Shown here: positions 30,772-40,551 of the stretch, in pieces
How the letters are laid out: every line of letters begins with the position of its first letter
Position numbering within the stretch: position 1 is the stretch's first letter
Source of the DNA: a virus
Length of the DNA stretch: 64,000 nucleotides
Direction: 5' to 3' (one strand)
IMG/VR virus record: IMGVR_UViG_3300042398_000969
Coordinates: 64,001 to 128,000 of that record
The notes under the pieces: generated by a model
The model's database searches: none
What the model saw: only the letters and a program-made list of their open reading frames with translations
Told to the model about the DNA's origin: nothing
Program-made: the position numbers and the translations under genes

Positions 30772-31451
30772 CCGATAAACCAAAGCACAAATACTCAATT
30801 ATAGTAATGCTACAGGATCCTGAAAATCCTAAATTGTGGGTAAGAAAAAAGGTTTTATATTCAACCAATAAAAGAACTACAATACATGAAAAATGGAGAG
30901 AATGTAAAACTCAAGTTAAGCCATTATATTGGGCTGAAAATAGAGGTAGATCTAGGGCTAAATTAATTTTTAAACTATTATTAATTTATCCTAGAAATAG
31001 GTGGACAACAAATGACATTTATCAAGAAAGAGATGAGTTGGGTAGATTAGAGGATGTTAAACTAGATCCAAAGGAGAATCCTTATCAAGTAATTAAAGAA
31101 AGTATGAAATGGTGGGAGCCGGAAAAAATATATGATGCACAACAAAAGAAACATATATTCTTTGAGGAAATGCTAGAAATAGTAAGTAATATAAAAGAGA
31201 ATGGAACAATATATACTTTAAATAATAAAGTGATTATTCAGGTGGATAATGATGTGTGGTTATATCAAAACAAAAATGTGAATGACACAAAAAGATTATT
31301 TTTTCTTTTAAGAGAACAAATTTATAAGAAGGGAAAAACAAATTTTATTTTTAATAATCCAACAACGGTAGCATTCAAGAAACAGCTATATGATATGCTG
31401 GAAGGTATGGGATTCAAGAGGTCTGAGCTGCTTAGACATTATTCATATTAA
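30768..31451 (+). CDS. Hypothetical basic protein
   Basis: 227-aa ORF, ATGA-coupled to upstream gene. Confidence 0.7.
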   Translation: MTDKPKHKYSIIVMLQDPENPKLWVRKKVLYSTNKRTTIHEKWRECKTQVKPLYWAENRGRSRAKLIFKLLLIYPRNRWTTNDIYQERDELGRLEDVKLDPKENPYQVIKESMKWWEPEKIYDAQQKKHIFFEEMLEIVSNIKENGTIYTLNNKVIIQVDNDVWLYQNKNVNDTKRLFFLLREQIYKKGKTNFIFNNPTTVAFKKQLYDMLEGMGFKRSELLRHYSY

Positions 31452-31671
31452 AAACAATATTAAGATTTCCAATCTTAACATTAAATGTATCTTTAGGAAA
31501 TCCGGTTGTGAATCTTACCTTGGATTGTACAATTTTATAAATTCTATCAAACTCTTCTTTAGATACTTCAATAACAATAGTTTGGCTTACAGAAACTAAA
31601 TTACATTTCTCTATTAAGTCTGATACAATAGCTAACTGATTAAATAAGTCACCCCTTTTTTCCATATCCAA
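31432..31671 (-). CDS. Hypothetical protein
   Basis: Packed ORF. Confidence 0.55.
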   Translation of the reverse strand: MDMEKRGDLFNQLAIVSDLIEKCNLVSVSQTIVIEVSKEEFDRIYKIVQSKVRFTTGFPKDTFNVKIGNLNIVFNMNNV

Positions 31672-31852
31672 AAATTATTAATATCTTATCCCAAATAGAT
31701 ATTTTCTTTTTTGGTTTTATTGCAAACATTTCGGTCTTATCTAAGGACTTAATTTCTTTTACCAGATTTTTTTTGTGGTTCTGGATCTCCGTCTTGTCCT
31801 TCTCCATCTCCTTCGATAGCCAATCCAATCCCTGTTGAATCCTCTTGCTCAT
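31649..31852 (-). CDS. Hypothetical protein
   Basis: Packed ORF overlapping its neighbours. Confidence 0.55.
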   Translation of the reverse strand: MSKRIQQGLDWLSKEMEKDKTEIQNHKKNLVKEIKSLDKTEMFAIKPKKKISIWDKILIIFGYGKKG

Positions 31853-32222
31853 TGTTTTCTAAAAAATTAATATCTTTTAATTTATCTAATGATTCATTTC
31901 TGAATAACGTTTCAAGTTCTCTAACCTTTTCTTTAAATAATCTATCCTTCTCTTCTAGTTCAATGTTATATTTGATTATTTCAGTTGCACAAGATCTAGC
32001 AGTATCATAGCCTTCTGCTGTTGCAAATGATACTAATGATACCAATTGGTACTTGTCATTCTTGTCCTGAACTTTTAATGACATTGATTTATATTGTGAA
32101 ACTACTTGTTGCACATGCTCTAGTCGCCATGTTGTTGGTATCTTTAGATCCAAGCTAACGTTTTTTTCTATCTCCCTTAATGAGAAGAAATATGGTCTAA
32201 GATTTGAAATTAGTTCGTACAC
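31749..32222 (-). CDS. Hypothetical protein with coiled coil
   Basis: 157-aa ORF. Confidence 0.65.
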   Translation of the reverse strand: MYELISNLRPYFFSLREIEKNVSLDLKIPTTWRLEHVQQVVSQYKSMSLKVQDKNDKYQLVSLVSFATAEGYDTARSCATEIIKYNIELEEKDRLFKEKVRELETLFRNESLDKLKDINFLENNEQEDSTGIGLAIEGDGEGQDGDPEPQKKSGKRN

Positions 32223-32404
32223 TATAATGTAATTAAAAATGTTATTATATAGGAAACTGCAAAATAAATAATAATTTCAGTTACCTTGTTTATTGTTATC
32301 GGTTTTGGGTTTTCATCTCGCAGGGCGAGTAAAAACTCTGAAACATATCTTAGTAAAAAAATAATACTAAGTATGAAAAAAAATATACTAGCTATTTTCA
32401 TCAT
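32222..32404 (-). CDS. Small two-TM membrane protein
   Basis: Two hydrophobic segments. Confidence 0.6.
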   Translation of the reverse strand: MMKIASIFFFILSIIFLLRYVSEFLLALRDENPKPITINKVTEIIIYFAVSYIITFLITL

Positions 32405-32576
32405 GTCTTTTTATTTCTTCTAAGATTTCTTTTCTGTAAACCCCAATCATAGCTTTAAGCTCCTGGGCGTGTTTTCTTGCTCGGATTGATGCGCTTCGAT
32501 TACCCTTATCAAAAACTTTTTGAGTATCAACGGACATCTTCTCCACCAAATCTTTTATTTTCTTTAAAGTTTCCAT
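32388..32576 (-). CDS. Histone H1-like (Hc1 family) protein
   Basis: D..K..DKGN.SA..RARK..QELK......RKE pattern of Hc1. Confidence 0.75.
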   Translation of the reverse strand: METLKKIKDLVEKMSVDTQKVFDKGNRSASIRARKHAQELKAMIGVYRKEILEEIKRHDENS

Positions 32577-32649
32577 TAAAAATATGTTTTTATTTAATAC
32601 AATATAAATAAAAATATTGGTTTTTTAAAGTAAATAACAAGGTTTTTTT

Positions 32650-33105
32650 CTACTTTTTAATATTTGATTCTAAAATTTTGTAGATTTCGGTGAGCATGTC
32701 TAACTCAGACCTAGTTTTTCGGTAATCAAACTTGAATAATTTTGTAAAATATTCTCTGATCCTGTTTTGAGTGGTATCATTCATATAATATGCTTCATTA
32801 AAGAAATTCCACATATAATCATGATGTTGACCAGACTCCCTAAAGTGTATTGATTCTTTTTCGAAACTGTGTAAGACTTTTTTCCAACACCAATCAAAGT
32901 GTTGTTTTTGTTGTGCTTCAGTGATCACAACATCCGGACCCAAATAAGTTTCGTCTATAACATCATATAATGAGATAACAAAATCATAGAACAATTCAGT
33001 TTTCTCGTGAATGATATTATAGGCTTTATACCAAACCTCTGCTTGATTACGAAAATTTTCGGATGCAATAAACTCTAAATAACCTTCATCTTTTCTCATA
33101 TCCAT
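32650..33105 (-). CDS. Hypothetical protein
   Basis: 151-aa aromatic-rich ORF. Confidence 0.7.
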   Translation of the reverse strand: MDMRKDEGYLEFIASENFRNQAEVWYKAYNIIHEKTELFYDFVISLYDVIDETYLGPDVVITEAQQKQHFDWCWKKVLHSFEKESIHFRESGQHHDYMWNFFNEAYYMNDTTQNRIREYFTKLFKFDYRKTRSELDMLTEIYKILESNIKK

Positions 33106-33148
33106 AACATACCTTTAATATAAGGATAAAAGAATCGAAAAAAAAGCG

Positions 33149-34432
33149 TTACTGAGTTTTTTTGTTGTATGAAAACATCTCCTTCATTCTATTAACTTCT
33201 TCGGAAATTACTTTAGATTCGTTAACATTTATTGATGGGGATGGATCTTTCACGTACATTGGGGCCTCTTTTTTTGCCTCTTCCTTTCTTTTAACCTTCT
33301 TGATCATCTTTTCTCCTAACTTGCTAGGGATAACGTTCCCTATACCTTCTTGGGCATTACCCATTTTGGTGTGACCCTTAAGAGACATTTCTAATCTTTC
33401 TTTAAACTTATCAGATGGTTCAACGTCATAATCTAAATCTTCTAAACCTCCGCCTCTGTTGTCAGCAATCTCATCAGCTTCGTCGCCGGTTGATTGTCTT
33501 GCTTCAACATCACCTTCGTTGTGACCAGGAAATTCTGGATTATCGTTACCATCAAATGTCAAATATTGTTTTATTTTCTTTTCTACATCTGAAAGCGCTT
33601 GATCGTTTTGTGATCCACTTTCTTTGTGTGCTTTTTGGAAAGCTGTTAAACCAGGTACAGCTTCGTTAACCATTTGTGAAATTAAATTAACAAGTTCAGC
33701 TTCAGTTAATCTAACTGATTTTTTAGACTCATACATACCACTTCCACATTCACACATCTCTTTACCACATGTTTCACAAATTTCAACTTCTTCTTCCATT
33801 GAAGACATTCCACTACCACACTCATAACAATCTTTCTCTTCTTCAACATCAAATTCTTTACCGTCAACAGTAAAAGAATCGCCACCATCTTCTTTAGCTT
33901 TTGCTAAAGCACCAGTAAATGCGTTACCTTCTTTGGTTTCAACCTTTTTAATTTTAATTTTAGATTTTAACTCTGGCATATCATAATCATCTAAGATATC
34001 AAAAACTCTACCTGCTGGGATTTTATCACCATACATTTCACACAATTCCTTAAGATCATCTTCAGCATCAGGTACAACGTCACCAGCTTTTTTTGCTAGC
34101 TTCATTACTTGATCCATTGTAAAATGACCCTTATGTTCTTTTGATGTTTCTTTAATATTTTCCATGTTATCTAATTTTTCTGACATTGCGTCTAATTCGT
34201 CGAACGTTGGTTCTTGACCTGGTTCGATTATTAATTCTTGTTCTGGGTGTTTTTCTTCGTAACCTAATTTTTTTTCTTCAGCCTCTTCTTGAGTCTGACA
34301 AACTTCAATTGGTTCGCCCTTTTTATTTTTTATGATATAAACTTCTTTAGAGTCTGTATTCTCTAAAATAGCTCTTTTAACCTCTCTTCTTATGGTTTCT
34401 TCAATTATATCTTTTAATTTAATGTTTTCCAT
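33149..34432 (-). CDS. Acidic head-internal/scaffold-like protein
   Basis: Very Glu-rich; repeated [ILV]-x-E sites; CxxC motifs; ends ISEEVNRMKEMF. Confidence 0.5.
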   Translation of the reverse strand: MENIKLKDIIEETIRREVKRAILENTDSKEVYIIKNKKGEPIEVCQTQEEAEEKKLGYEEKHPEQELIIEPGQEPTFDELDAMSEKLDNMENIKETSKEHKGHFTMDQVMKLAKKAGDVVPDAEDDLKELCEMYGDKIPAGRVFDILDDYDMPELKSKIKIKKVETKEGNAFTGALAKAKEDGGDSFTVDGKEFDVEEEKDCYECGSGMSSMEEEVEICETCGKEMCECGSGMYESKKSVRLTEAELVNLISQMVNEAVPGLTAFQKAHKESGSQNDQALSDVEKKIKQYLTFDGNDNPEFPGHNEGDVEARQSTGDEADEIADNRGGGLEDLDYDVEPSDKFKERLEMSLKGHTKMGNAQEGIGNVIPSKLGEKMIKKVKRKEEAKKEAPMYVKDPSPSINVNESKVISEEVNRMKEMFSYNKKTQ

Positions 34433-34433
34433 A

Positions 34434-35495
34434 CTAGATAAATATACCTTTAATCTGATTTAATACTAAATTGTTTACTTCTTTATGTGATAATCCGTAT
34501 TTTTTTGCTGTTTCTTTTATCGCTATTTTAATTTCTTCTGATTCTAGCAATTCAAGGGCACTCATATCACCCTGAGTACAATATGGATATTTTTTACACT
34601 TATCTTTTATCTTAACAAATTTACCACCTGGACCACCCCATTTAGGGAAATTCTTATCTTTAACCGCTCTACCCTTATAAATGGTATCTGGGCCACCAAT
34701 ACTTAATGGACTCTTACGTCCCTTGGTACCACCGAATAATGGTACATCATATGAACCGGAAGAACTAGCATCAGTTATCTCATCCAGTTCCTCTTCCTCA
34801 TTCATGTTATGTATTTTATTGACTACAGTTTTTTTACCTCCGAAAGCAGGGGCACTAAATGCACCGGCTGAATCAGCACCAGTCATTTCTTTAGTCTCCA
34901 TTTTTTTTAACTTAGTGTAGTATGTTGGATCTTCCCATAAATGATCCATTACAATTTCTTTGGCTTTATCCTTATCATCAGTATGTTCCATCTCAACTGG
35001 TATACCAATGGCTACTTGTCTTTTAAGAGATTGAACCATATTATCAATATGATAATAACCTTTAGCGTCATGCTTTTTTGCAATTTGGATTAAAGATTTA
35101 TTATCAGCATTACCACCTTTTAATAAATTAGAGCTATCCGATTCTTCATCTAATTTAACAACCCACAATTTGGGGTTTATTCCGTTTTTTACTAGGCCGG
35201 CCAATCTGGTGTTGCCACCTACCAAATCATAATCATCCTCATTAAACTTAACCACGATTGGTATTTCTACCACACCCTTTTCAAACGCCACCTCAAATCT
35301 TTCCTTTTTATCTTCTTCTAAGCTATCAAAATCTAAATTAACATTACCTAATACATCTTTAATTGCTTCGTAATTTGTTATTTCAAAATTATTTTGCGCA
35401 ATATCTAACCACCCCTTCTTACCCATCTCTTCGAATTCCGGGTAACGGATCGCTTCATTCCACTCTCGTTTAAAATTAGGTTTTGAATATTTCAT
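34434..35495 (-). CDS. ParB-like domain + DUF5661-like domain protein (probably packaged in head)
   Basis: PIVV...YDLVGGNTRL; GIPVEMEHT.D...A.EI.MDHL.EDP.YY.KL; two E.T.A.S.G repeats. Confidence 0.6.
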   Translation of the reverse strand: MKYSKPNFKREWNEAIRYPEFEEMGKKGWLDIAQNNFEITNYEAIKDVLGNVNLDFDSLEEDKKERFEVAFEKGVVEIPIVVKFNEDDYDLVGGNTRLAGLVKNGINPKLWVVKLDEESDSSNLLKGGNADNKSLIQIAKKHDAKGYYHIDNMVQSLKRQVAIGIPVEMEHTDDKDKAKEIVMDHLWEDPTYYTKLKKMETKEMTGADSAGAFSAPAFGGKKTVVNKIHNMNEEEELDEITDASSSGSYDVPLFGGTKGRKSPLSIGGPDTIYKGRAVKDKNFPKWGGPGGKFVKIKDKCKKYPYCTQGDMSALELLESEEIKIAIKETAKKYGLSHKEVNNLVLNQIKGIFI

Positions 35496-35734
35496 TACTT
35501 AACACTCTTTAATGCAGATTCCCAGAAGCCTTTTCTTTGCCATAAGGTTTTAAAAAGTTCAACCACAACTTTGGTAGATAAATCTATAATCTTATCATCG
35601 ATTTTTCTAACCCCAAGTTCTTTCTGAATTATTTTAACAACAATATCATGAGCTTTAGTTGTATCTAAAAAGTTTGTGATCTCTTTCTTGACGATCTTTT
35701 CAATTTCTTTTTTGTCTTCGTTATTTAAAGCCAT
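35495..35734 (-). CDS. Hypothetical protein
   Basis: Packed ORF. Confidence 0.6.
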   Translation of the reverse strand: MALNNEDKKEIEKIVKKEITNFLDTTKAHDIVVKIIQKELGVRKIDDKIIDLSTKVVVELFKTLWQRKGFWESALKSVK

Positions 35735-35736
35735 TT

Positions 35737-36225
35737 TTAATTAGTTTTTCTAGTATTCATCATTTCATTAACCACATCTTCGAATGTGTGTTGAAACTTA
35801 TTTAACTTCTCAATTATTACCGTTGTTTCGTCATTTAACATTAACATGTCAGAATTGATATATATACCTCTATCTTCTCCAGCAATAAACACAAACCCTA
35901 AGTCTTCGCTTATTGATCCGTCTAATCTAATGCTGTTTGTGTATATATTAAATCCCTCCTCAAACGTAGCTATTTCACTAACCTGAGTTTTAAAGTTCTC
36001 AATTAATTGGTTTAGGGCATTCTTTTCCTCATCACTAATATTAAGATCTTCTTGATCAGCGCTGTGGACTTTGATTTCAACATTATTGTTTAGAACTAAA
36101 TTGTTTACTTTCTCTTCTTCTTCTTCTTTTAGGGTTGCTTTTGATGCTGTATTTTCGTTAAGGGTTCTCATTGTATTGAGCATCCTTTTTATACCATCAT
36201 ATCCTAGATTCTGCTTGTTTGACAT
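35737..36225 (-). CDS. Hypothetical, probable virion protein
   Basis: ATG at 36225; IKRMLNTMRTLNE-type N-terminus; TATTTATA upstream at 36268-36275. Confidence 0.55.
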   Translation of the reverse strand: MSNKQNLGYDGIKRMLNTMRTLNENTASKATLKEEEEEKVNNLVLNNNVEIKVHSADQEDLNISDEEKNALNQLIENFKTQVSEIATFEEGFNIYTNSIRLDGSISEDLGFVFIAGEDRGIYINSDMLMLNDETTVIIEKLNKFQHTFEDVVNEMMNTRKTN

Positions 36226-36811
36226 TTTCTTCAAATATATTAAAATTAAACGAAGGGTTTATATCTGTATAAATATCAAAGAAATTCGATTTACTGACTA
36301 TTCCATCAATGTTTTTTGCGTTTTCGATATACCCAGACGATGGTACGCAACGATATGTTATGCTGTAATTGATACATAATACGAAACAAAGCTCCGCTAA
36401 TGCGTTTAATTGGGCTTCTGTGTACACATCCCAGTAAAAGTAACCCCTCCATCCTCTGATGTGCGGGGTGCCCCTAAATGGATCGTTAATCCAATTATTG
36501 TATATTCCTGTGATTGTGTTTCTATTAAGCCATCCAAGGTTCTCGACGGCTATTTTGATTTGCTTTCGATCTATACTAGTGTTGTCAAAAGTAGTTGAAC
36601 TATATTCGGGCTCCAGTATTTTATAAATCTTACCAGCTTTTGTAATGCAAAAATGAGGGATGTCATCATAATTCCCATTTCTTCTATATTTTAACATTTT
36701 AATGAAATCATCATACTTTCTTTTAGTATCATATAAAAGGATCTGTGATTTCTTATATTTTTTTCTTTTTGTATTCGGTTTAAAAGCTTCTGCGTCTAGA
36801 ATTTCTAACAT
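36197..36811 (-). CDS. N-acetylmuramoyl-L-alanine amidase fold (Amidase_2), apparently degenerate
   Basis: PHF.I...G.I, IAVEN.G, YTEAQ..AL..L motifs; expected Zn-binding His residues replaced. Confidence 0.7.
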   Translation of the reverse strand: MLEILDAEAFKPNTKRKKYKKSQILLYDTKRKYDDFIKMLKYRRNGNYDDIPHFCITKAGKIYKILEPEYSSTTFDNTSIDRKQIKIAVENLGWLNRNTITGIYNNWINDPFRGTPHIRGWRGYFYWDVYTEAQLNALAELCFVLCINYSITYRCVPSSGYIENAKNIDGIVSKSNFFDIYTDINPSFNFNIFEENVKQAESRI

Positions 36812-37019
36812 TTCTTTGTATTGTTTTGTAACCACCAATAATAATTCTTGGTGTGTCCCCAACAAAAGGTGTTGGTTCTGGCGTTTCAGTTAGTGTAGGC
36901 GTCGGTGAGGGTGTCTCGGTTGGTAATATTGTGCTTGTTGGCTCCGGAGTACTAGTTGGTGTACTTGTTGGAGTTTCCGTGGGTAAAGGAGTTTCTGTAG
37001 GTGTGGGACTCGTTATGAT
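36780..37019 (-). other. -1 frame PT-rich extension (79 codons) of 37013..38257
   Basis: Open frame [17 protein letters not shown]...RRRSF* with no start codon; entered via T-TTA-AAA-AAA-AAA. Confidence 0.65.
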
Positions 37020-38257
37020 TTTTTTTTTAAATCATCTTCTTCTTGATCTTGTTCTACTTCTTCATAAAGGTGGTCTCTCCAAAAACTATCGTCGGTATTT
37101 TCAGATACAGGTTCTTCAACCTTTTCATCAAAATACTCCTTAACTGATTCATCAATATTATATTTTTCTACTTCCTCTGGTGTTGCAAATGGTTCTGGAA
37201 CTACCCCATCAAACTCCTCATTCATATCTAAATCTCTTTCATATTCCTGTTGGTTCATTTCCATTATTTCTTCATCAGATAATGATGGAATATATTCTTC
37301 CTGGAAAATATTTGTTGGTTCGGGAGTTATAGTGGAAAAATTTTGTTGAATTTCTTCTTCTGTTGGTTCTTGTTGTAAAATATTTTCTATTTCTTCGTCA
37401 GTAAAAAATGGCGGTTCGTCTTCTAAACCATCCATGAGTGTAACGTCCCAATCAGAAACATCTTCTTTATCTTCTTTAATTAACGGATTATCAAATGGTT
37501 CATTATATAGACCTAGCTCTTCATCATTCTTCATCATCTCAGCCAATAGTTCACCACGTTTTTCACGTTCAGCATCAAAATCATTGATGTGGGTATGTTT
37601 CTCTCTTACTTCATCACTGTATCTTTGTGCAGCTTGTTTTAACGCTTCATTTGGTGGATTTGGATTCAACAAATGCTTTTCTAAAATCTCTAAATCGTTT
37701 TGTGATAATTTTAATCTATTAGTTTCATCAGCAATATCTGCAGATGGAACATTATCTTGAATCTTTTTATCTATATTATCTCCTTTAAGTCTGTCTTCTT
37801 CTGTAAACTGAACTAGCATGTGAAGAAAAGAAAGTGAAATTATTGGTAACATACCACCAGCAAAAAATGCTAGAAATCTTTTATGACCTACAAAATCAGT
37901 TGGATCAACTCCCATGAATTCAACAAATGGTGAAACTAATCCAACCCAATCTTTAAATGATTGAGCATTTATATCAATATATGAATAGGCAAAATATATA
38001 TTACCTATAAATTGAACAATGGTTACAATAGCAAACGGGAAATAAACTTTCTTACCCATATTTGCTGATATTGCAGCTAATGCTGATAATGCAGCTATCT
38101 CAATACCAATAGACAAATATATCGACCAGCTAACTGGATTAGATATACCATACCATTTAGTAACGTGCGAGATAGAAACAATTGCCACGGTAATGATCGG
38201 AACCAAGAACGCGGCAATTATTAATGTCTTATAATTTTTTTCTAACCAATTTTTCAT
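37013..38257 (-). CDS. Multi-TM membrane protein with long acidic tail
   Basis: About four N-terminal hydrophobic helices, then Glu/Asp-rich region ending LKKKS. Confidence 0.75.
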   Translation of the reverse strand: MKNWLEKNYKTLIIAAFLVPIITVAIVSISHVTKWYGISNPVSWSIYLSIGIEIAALSALAAISANMGKKVYFPFAIVTIVQFIGNIYFAYSYIDINAQSFKDWVGLVSPFVEFMGVDPTDFVGHKRFLAFFAGGMLPIISLSFLHMLVQFTEEDRLKGDNIDKKIQDNVPSADIADETNRLKLSQNDLEILEKHLLNPNPPNEALKQAAQRYSDEVREKHTHINDFDAEREKRGELLAEMMKNDEELGLYNEPFDNPLIKEDKEDVSDWDVTLMDGLEDEPPFFTDEEIENILQQEPTEEEIQQNFSTITPEPTNIFQEEYIPSLSDEEIMEMNQQEYERDLDMNEEFDGVVPEPFATPEEVEKYNIDESVKEYFDEKVEEPVSENTDDSFWRDHLYEEVEQDQEEDDLKKKS

Positions 38258-38547
38258 TTAGACTCTTGTTCTTTTTTTAGATTCTCTTTAACAATAAAAT
38301 GTAGTTCCATTAATTGCGGACCTCTATCTTTTTGTGTAATCCAATTATCATAAAAACTATGAATTGCTATCTTTTCGTTTTTATGTGCTATCTTAATACT
38401 ATCCATCATAGCAGTATTTTGTTTTTCAATTTTTTCTAACTTACTAATTTTACTTGAACTAGCACAAGATCTAAAAAAGAAAACAACTGTTAAAAATATC
38501 AGTATCTGTAGTTTATATGTTTTGATTAATTCTATTAACTTTTTCAT
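38254..38547 (-). CDS. Membrane-anchored/lipoprotein-like protein
   Basis: Basic N-terminus, hydrophobic stretch, FFRSC. Confidence 0.55.
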   Translation of the reverse strand: MKKLIELIKTYKLQILIFLTVVFFFRSCASSSKISKLEKIEKQNTAMMDSIKIAHKNEKIAIHSFYDNWITQKDRGPQLMELHFIVKENLKKEQESK

Positions 38548-38559
38548 AATGTTATATTG

Positions 38560-39372
38560 TTATAAATATTTTAGGAGAGAAAAGCTCTCGTTTCTTAATT
38601 TTTTTATTGCTTTATCTTTTAATTGACGAATCCTTTCTTTGGTGCAACCAAACTCTTCACCAAGATCCTCTAAGTTTTTTTCTGTACCCATCAATCCAAA
38701 GTAACCATCAATGATTGCTCTTTCTCTTTCATCTAGAAAAGACATCATGTAATTAATTCTGTGTTTAAGATCCTCCGCACTATTCGCTATTGTATCTGGT
38801 AATTCGGCGTTTGGATTTGCAATGATCTCAACCAAAGTATCACCATCCTCATTAATCTCTCTAAATAAATCAATTGTAGATGGTATACCTGTTAATGGAA
38901 CTTCAGAATATTCAATAAAATATTTGTCCTCATCTTTTGCAATTTCTTTCTTTGCCTTTTGTGCATCTTGAATAATGTTAGATGGAACTCTAATTGTTCT
39001 TGAGTATTCATTTAATGAATATAATATTTGTTGTTTTATCCACCACACAGCATATGAAATGAATTTAAAACCAGAAGTCACATCAAACCTTTCTATTGCT
39101 TTGATTAATCCAATATTTCCTTCGGATATTAAATCACTAATATCTAATCCTTGATTTTGATACGTTTTGGCAACCGAAATAACAAAACGTAAGTTTCCTT
39201 CTACAACCTCATCTGTTAACTTCTGTCGATCAGCTTTCGTCAGACTCTTGTTTTCTTTTAAACTTTTGAAAATTTCATACTCTCTTTCGTGAGTAATAAC
39301 AGGGATTTTCTTTAAATCCTTTAAGTAGTACTGAATTTCTTCAGTTTTAACGATGGGTGCAGTCTTCTTCAT
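38560..39372 (-). CDS. RNA polymerase sigma70-family factor (short Bacteroidota RpoD type)
   Basis: NLRFVISVAK.Y, DLISEGNIGLIKA.ERFD, FISYAVWWI.Q, TKERIRQL. Confidence 0.93.
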   Translation of the reverse strand: MKKTAPIVKTEEIQYYLKDLKKIPVITHEREYEIFKSLKENKSLTKADRQKLTDEVVEGNLRFVISVAKTYQNQGLDISDLISEGNIGLIKAIERFDVTSGFKFISYAVWWIKQQILYSLNEYSRTIRVPSNIIQDAQKAKKEIAKDEDKYFIEYSEVPLTGIPSTIDLFREINEDGDTLVEIIANPNAELPDTIANSAEDLKHRINYMMSFLDERERAIIDGYFGLMGTEKNLEDLGEEFGCTKERIRQLKDKAIKKLRNESFSLLKYL

Positions 39373-39390
39373 GTAAAGGTTATTATTATG

Positions 39391-39422
39391 CTAAAATAAG
39401 TAAAAAAAATCTATTTTCCAAA
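39391..39422 (-). promoter_or_regulatory. Bacteroidota-type -33/-7 promoter of sigma gene
   Basis: Sense TTTG-N20-TATTTTAG. Confidence 0.6.
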
Positions 39423-39860
39423 TTCATCCAGAAAATTCTTTTCTCCCTCTGTTAGACTTTCAATACCGCTAGCTTGGATCTTCTCTAAAATCTCATCTAG
39501 GTCATAGTTTGTGTCAAGATAGGTTATTCTGATTTTAATGGGTGTTTCGTCTTCCTTACTTGTTTCGGCTGGTTTGAAAATAAAATTACTCAAACTTTCT
39601 GGTAATTCAGCAAAAAATACTTTGTCTTTTTCAAACATTAAATAAAATTTAATATGCTCAATGGCTAAAGTTTCTTTAACGTCTTTTATTAGCTCTTTCC
39701 TATCCTTTTCAGAATCGAAAATAATAACACAATTACCGCCACTTTCAATAACGAATTTAATACCAGATTCTGATACCTTAGTAAAATGTTCTAGACAGAA
39801 GAATTCCAGATCTTCATGATCTTCAAACGCACCAAAAATGAAAAGAATGTATGAACCCAT
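39411..39860 (-). CDS. Hypothetical protein with C-terminal DUF6576-like helix pair
   Basis: LDEILEKI...GIESLT..EK.FL; ATG 39860 lies 3 nt after TATATTTG. Confidence 0.6.
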   Translation of the reverse strand: MGSYILFIFGAFEDHEDLEFFCLEHFTKVSESGIKFVIESGGNCVIIFDSEKDRKELIKDVKETLAIEHIKFYLMFEKDKVFFAELPESLSNFIFKPAETSKEDETPIKIRITYLDTNYDLDEILEKIQASGIESLTEGEKNFLDEFGK

Positions 39861-39905
39861 ACCCAAATATAGGTATTAAATTCATTTTAATACAGAGAAA
39901 TTGTA

Positions 39906-40550
39906 TTATTTTTTACTACCTATTTTCCAGTAGATACCGCCGCCAAGGTATGGTGTAAATGAGCCGCTTATTCTATCTGGGCCAACTGTGTTTTCAATAC
40001 CACCACTTATTCTATAAATTCTATCTCGTTTGTCTTTGATTATAAAGCCAAGACCAAGAAGTCTTACGTAGTTAGGGTCATCAAACTTAGAGTCAAAGCC
40101 AAAATAATAAGTTGTTTTACGTGGCTCCGGTGTATATACTGTATCTCTAACAGTTGTTTGTTTAACTTTTGCATCTATTTTCCTAGACACAATTTTGTTC
40201 TGTGAAATTTCATCAGTTACAGCAACAGTACCTTGATTATTCGGTAAAACCAATAAATCTTTATGTTCTGTTTTAGCTGTATATATTTTTAAAATTTCAG
40301 CAGTATCAACCTTCTGCATTACCGGTACTTCTACCAATTTTTCAACCTGAACCTCAACTTCGACTGGAACTTCAACCTCCACCTCAACCTCCATCTCTAC
40401 GGTATCGTGGACTGGATACGGAATTGAATCAATTCTGTGAAGGTATTCAACTCTGTTTGGCATTATTCCTTTTGGGTTAATAGCTACCAACGCTGTTGAT
40501 GCTGTTAATACCAAAATTATTATGTTTCGAATGTCTAGGTATTTCTTCAT
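39906..40550 (-). CDS. N-terminally anchored protein with beta-rich C-terminus (lysis accessory/spanin-like)
   Basis: N-terminal TM, EV repeats, C-terminal YLGGGIYWKI amphipathic strand. Confidence 0.45.
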   Translation of the reverse strand: MKKYLDIRNIIILVLTASTALVAINPKGIMPNRVEYLHRIDSIPYPVHDTVEMEVEVEVEVPVEVEVQVEKLVEVPVMQKVDTAEILKIYTAKTEHKDLLVLPNNQGTVAVTDEISQNKIVSRKIDAKVKQTTVRDTVYTPEPRKTTYYFGFDSKFDDPNYVRLLGLGFIIKDKRDRIYRISGGIENTVGPDRISGSFTPYLGGGIYWKIGSKK

Positions 40551-40551
40551 T

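Noticed and set aside
36853-37143. Plus-strand VG-rich ORF (likewise 52568..52846, 59680..59889, 61263..61739, 5715..6422)
   Set aside because: Antisense shadows of minus-strand PT- or ST-rich coding sequence
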